DNA of 64,000 nt from a virus. The translations under genes were made by a program, and so were the position numbers. Below are positions 61,790 to 64,000 of this stretch, piece by piece. Numbering within the stretch: the stretch's first letter is position 1; each line of letters begins with the position of its first letter. The notes beneath the pieces are model-generated. The model was not told where the DNA came from. It worked only from the letters and a program-made list of their open reading frames with translations, and searched no databases. The DNA lies in the IMG/VR virus record IMGVR_UViG_3300021400_000020, positions 32,001 through 96,000 of that record. One strand, 5' to 3'.

Positions 61790-63358
61790 TTACACAGTCT
61801 TCAGAGAGTGCATACGTGCAGCACGAGCCTGGCGCTTCTCTTCTGCCGTCATGCCCTCCTTATAGATGGAATGGGCAGAGAGGTCGGTATGCGAAACAGC
61901 TGGACCACCATCACCTGCGGATGGAACAGGAACCTGGGGAGCACGCTTGGACACATCGTCCAACTCCTGCTGCTTGGCTGCAAGGTCTTGCTGCAACCGC
62001 TGAACCTGAGCTTTAGACGCATCAAGCTGAGAACGAAGAGCGTCAAGTTCTGTGTCCTTGGCGGAAAGCGCGTCCTGATGGGAAGCTGACAACTCCTGCA
62101 CCTTGGCATCCATCTCCTGCTGATGAGTGGATTTCAAAAGGTCCATCTCCTGCTGATGAGCGGAAACAGCGGAAGCAAGGTCGGTAGCCGACTTGTCACG
62201 CTCTTCCTGAACAAGCAGATTCAACTTGGTAATCTCATCCTGCTTGGCAGCAAGCGTCAACTTGGTGGTCTCGGCTTCAGCCAAAGACTTGTCGATACAC
62301 TCCGCGTAAGACTCGTTAAGATAGACTCCGTTCGTGGAATCGCTCTCCAACGCTTCCAAACCGAGTGCCTTCTGAATGTTTTCGTAATTCTTCATATTTA
62401 TTGAGGATTGTGAGGAGGACACCCTCCTCTGGTTACTATTGCTTCGAGAAAAGGATGCGGATGAGGAAACTGACATCAACTCATCAACACACCCTCGAAT
62501 GGTATTCTGACCATCCACTAAACTTCCGACAACATCTTTAACAACATAGACATCACCACTAAGCTGCTCTTCCTGAACGGAAGGACGACATGAACGTACC
62601 AACGACATGAACTCGTCGTCGCACTTGTCCAAATCCTTCTGAAGTGTCTCAAAATTGCCGTCTTTAACATCACGAATCAGCTTGTTCTTCAGACTGCTCT
62701 TGGAAGCGTATAACTCTACAAATTCCTCCTGAGTGATACTGTTCACATCACCATGACGCTGAATATAAAAAGCTGCAAAGACACCGATACTGCCTACCTT
62801 GTCGTTCGGATTCACAAAATAAATCTTGTCACACTGCGATGCTAAAGCATAACCAGCAGAACAACAGGAACCATCTATCAAAGCATAAACCTTCTGACCC
62901 TTAGAATGAGCATAATCGATCGCTATGCGAAAATCATACAAGGAATCAAAACTGCCACCCAACGTATTGATGATAAACAAATGACCACGACACTGACGGA
63001 AGTCGGCAATCTTCATCAACTGGTCACGCAAGTCCATGCTTCCGTAGGAACAGCCATCACCACCACGAGTGATAGGACCAGAGACCCGCAGAACATCTAT
63101 GACAGCATCCTCTTCCTCGAAATCTTTTTCGCTCCAATAACGACTACTGGTCAGATAAAGCTTCGACTGAAAATCATGGTGATGAGAAGAAAGCAAATAA
63201 CCAGGCTTCTTCTGACTCTTATAAACAGCTAAATCCACACGAGACGATACACCAAACTCGACGTCTTTGCGATAACCTCGCAAGGCATCTTGTTCCATCG
63301 CCCAAAACTTAGTTGTCAGTATTTCGTGTAAAAGCATGTCCGTGATAATTTTTCGCAA
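61790..63358 (-). CDS. prohead protease (S49/ClpP-like) fused to a coiled-coil scaffold domain; start at TTG 63358 or ATG 63337
   Basis: ...LIDGSCCSAGYALASQCDKIYFVNPNDKVGSIGVFAAF (SppA/S49-like Ser motif). C-terminal 200 aa are heptad-rich (QQEMDLLKSTHQQEMDAKVQEL...QRLQQDLAAKQQEL). Confidence 0.8.
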   Translation of the reverse strand: MRKIITDMLLHEILTTKFWAMEQDALRGYRKDVEFGVSSRVDLAVYKSQKKPGYLLSSHHHDFQSKLYLTSSRYWSEKDFEEEDAVIDVLRVSGPITRGGDGCSYGSMDLRDQLMKIADFRQCRGHLFIINTLGGSFDSLYDFRIAIDYAHSKGQKVYALIDGSCCSAGYALASQCDKIYFVNPNDKVGSIGVFAAFYIQRHGDVNSITQEEFVELYASKSSLKNKLIRDVKDGNFETLQKDLDKCDDEFMSLVRSCRPSVQEEQLSGDVYVVKDVVGSLVDGQNTIRGCVDELMSVSSSASFSRSNSNQRRVSSSQSSINMKNYENIQKALGLEALESDSTNGVYLNESYAECIDKSLAEAETTKLTLAAKQDEITKLNLLVQEERDKSATDLASAVSAHQQEMDLLKSTHQQEMDAKVQELSASHQDALSAKDTELDALRSQLDASKAQVQRLQQDLAAKQQELDDVSKRAPQVPVPSAGDGGPAVSHTDLSAHSIYKEGMTAEEKRQARAARMHSLKTV

Positions 63359-63392
63359 AGGTATCTACCCAAAGAAAAACTATCACGGACAT
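63336..63392 (-). promoter_or_regulatory. 12-bp perfect inverted repeat bracketing the protease start region
   Basis: ATGTCCGTGATA (63336-63347) and TATCACGGACAT (63381-63392). In the mRNA the 3' arm contains the ATG at 63337. Confidence 0.45.
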
Positions 63393-63484
63393 TTCCACAA
63401 CACACATAAAATCACGAATTTATGTGCAACACTCCCCTACCCCATCAATCACATTCACCCCATAAGACCCATCAAAAAACCAAA

Positions 63485-63946
63485 CTACAAACTCTCGTCA
63501 AACACACGCTGGGCTCCACAAGTATTCTGTATCACAAGCCGACAGGAATACACCTTGCCATCCTCCGTGAAGGAGAAATGGTAACTGTCACAAGTCGCAC
63601 GAACCCAGAACACGACACTGGAGAAATAGGTAGCCTCCAAATGAAACCAACCATCTTCCAAAACCTTCAATATATCAAGCACTTCACGCTCATTCTTCTT
63701 AGAAGAATCCCAACTAATCTCAACCGTCTTCACACGATGACCCTGCAACGTCTTGTCGGTAACATGAATCCTACCACTACCCTCGTCGAAAGGTATCTCT
63801 ATAGGACTGGCATTGCCAGATAAACCAAACTCATTACTACCCAAGTAGAATTTCTCTTTCTGAAACGGCAACTGAAATGTCACATCATCATCACGAAAAG
63901 CACGAAGACGAATCAAGTCACCAAACTCTAAACAATCGTCAAACAT
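63485..63946 (-). CDS. hypothetical protein (153 aa) upstream of the protease gene
   Basis: ATG ORF in the late (-) string. Confidence 0.7.
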   Translation of the reverse strand: MFDDCLEFGDLIRLRAFRDDDVTFQLPFQKEKFYLGSNEFGLSGNASPIEIPFDEGSGRIHVTDKTLQGHRVKTVEISWDSSKKNEREVLDILKVLEDGWFHLEATYFSSVVFWVRATCDSYHFSFTEDGKVYSCRLVIQNTCGAQRVFDESL

Positions 63947-64000
63947 AAGACACTGTATTTTTAATGGGGAACTGTATAAATTTTACATATAATGTAATAT

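Noticed and set aside
1-64000. Prophage boundaries, integrase, att sites and terminase
   Set aside because: I recognised no integrase-, excisionase- or terminase-like ORF in this window, and no flanking host genes. Lifestyle and genome ends cannot be called from this segment.

Overview
The window is a 64 kb stretch of a large tailed dsDNA phage or prophage. All functional calls come from motifs I recognise by eye; no database search was run. The host is probably a Bacteroidota member, which is an inference from three observations: TTTG-N19-TATATTTG promoters, almost no Shine-Dalgarno sites, and a DUF1566/C-type-lectin-like DGR target.

Gene layout:
- 1-5521 (+): 3' end of a helicase gene, followed by small genes.
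- 5680-18227 (-): a 2425 aa tape measure protein, four unknown genes and a portal-like gene.
- 18551-22677 (+): a 1009 aa and a 363 aa protein.
- 22663-23319 (-): a regulator-like gene, divergent from a long (+) block.
- 23633-39753 (+): about 35 small early/middle genes, including a C5 DNA methyltransferase, a radical SAM protein, and DUF3310-like and DUF4406-like proteins.
- 39839-63946 (-): a lysis cassette, a diversity-generating retroelement (DGR), two proteins of about 2150 aa, a major capsid protein and a prohead protease-scaffold fusion.

The best supported special system is a complete DGR, ordered VR - avd - TR - RT:
- TR 44528-44652 and VR 45268-45392 are 125 nt each and differ at 11 positions.
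- Every difference sits at a TR adenine on the coding (minus) strand.
- The VR lies in the last ~45 codons of a 2146 aa protein.

The least explained signal is a dense set of short intergenic repeats:
- Family A: hairpin CCACCGTYCCCGAAAG-TTCTG-CTTTCGGG, about 25 copies. Stems show compensatory changes, all full copies share one genome-strand polarity, and two copies are inserted in frame in the portal gene.
- Family B: TTTCTCCGTA followed by a hairpin whose stem sequence varies.
- Tandem AACCCCAT 9-mers that run directly into start codons.
- Two further repeat families.
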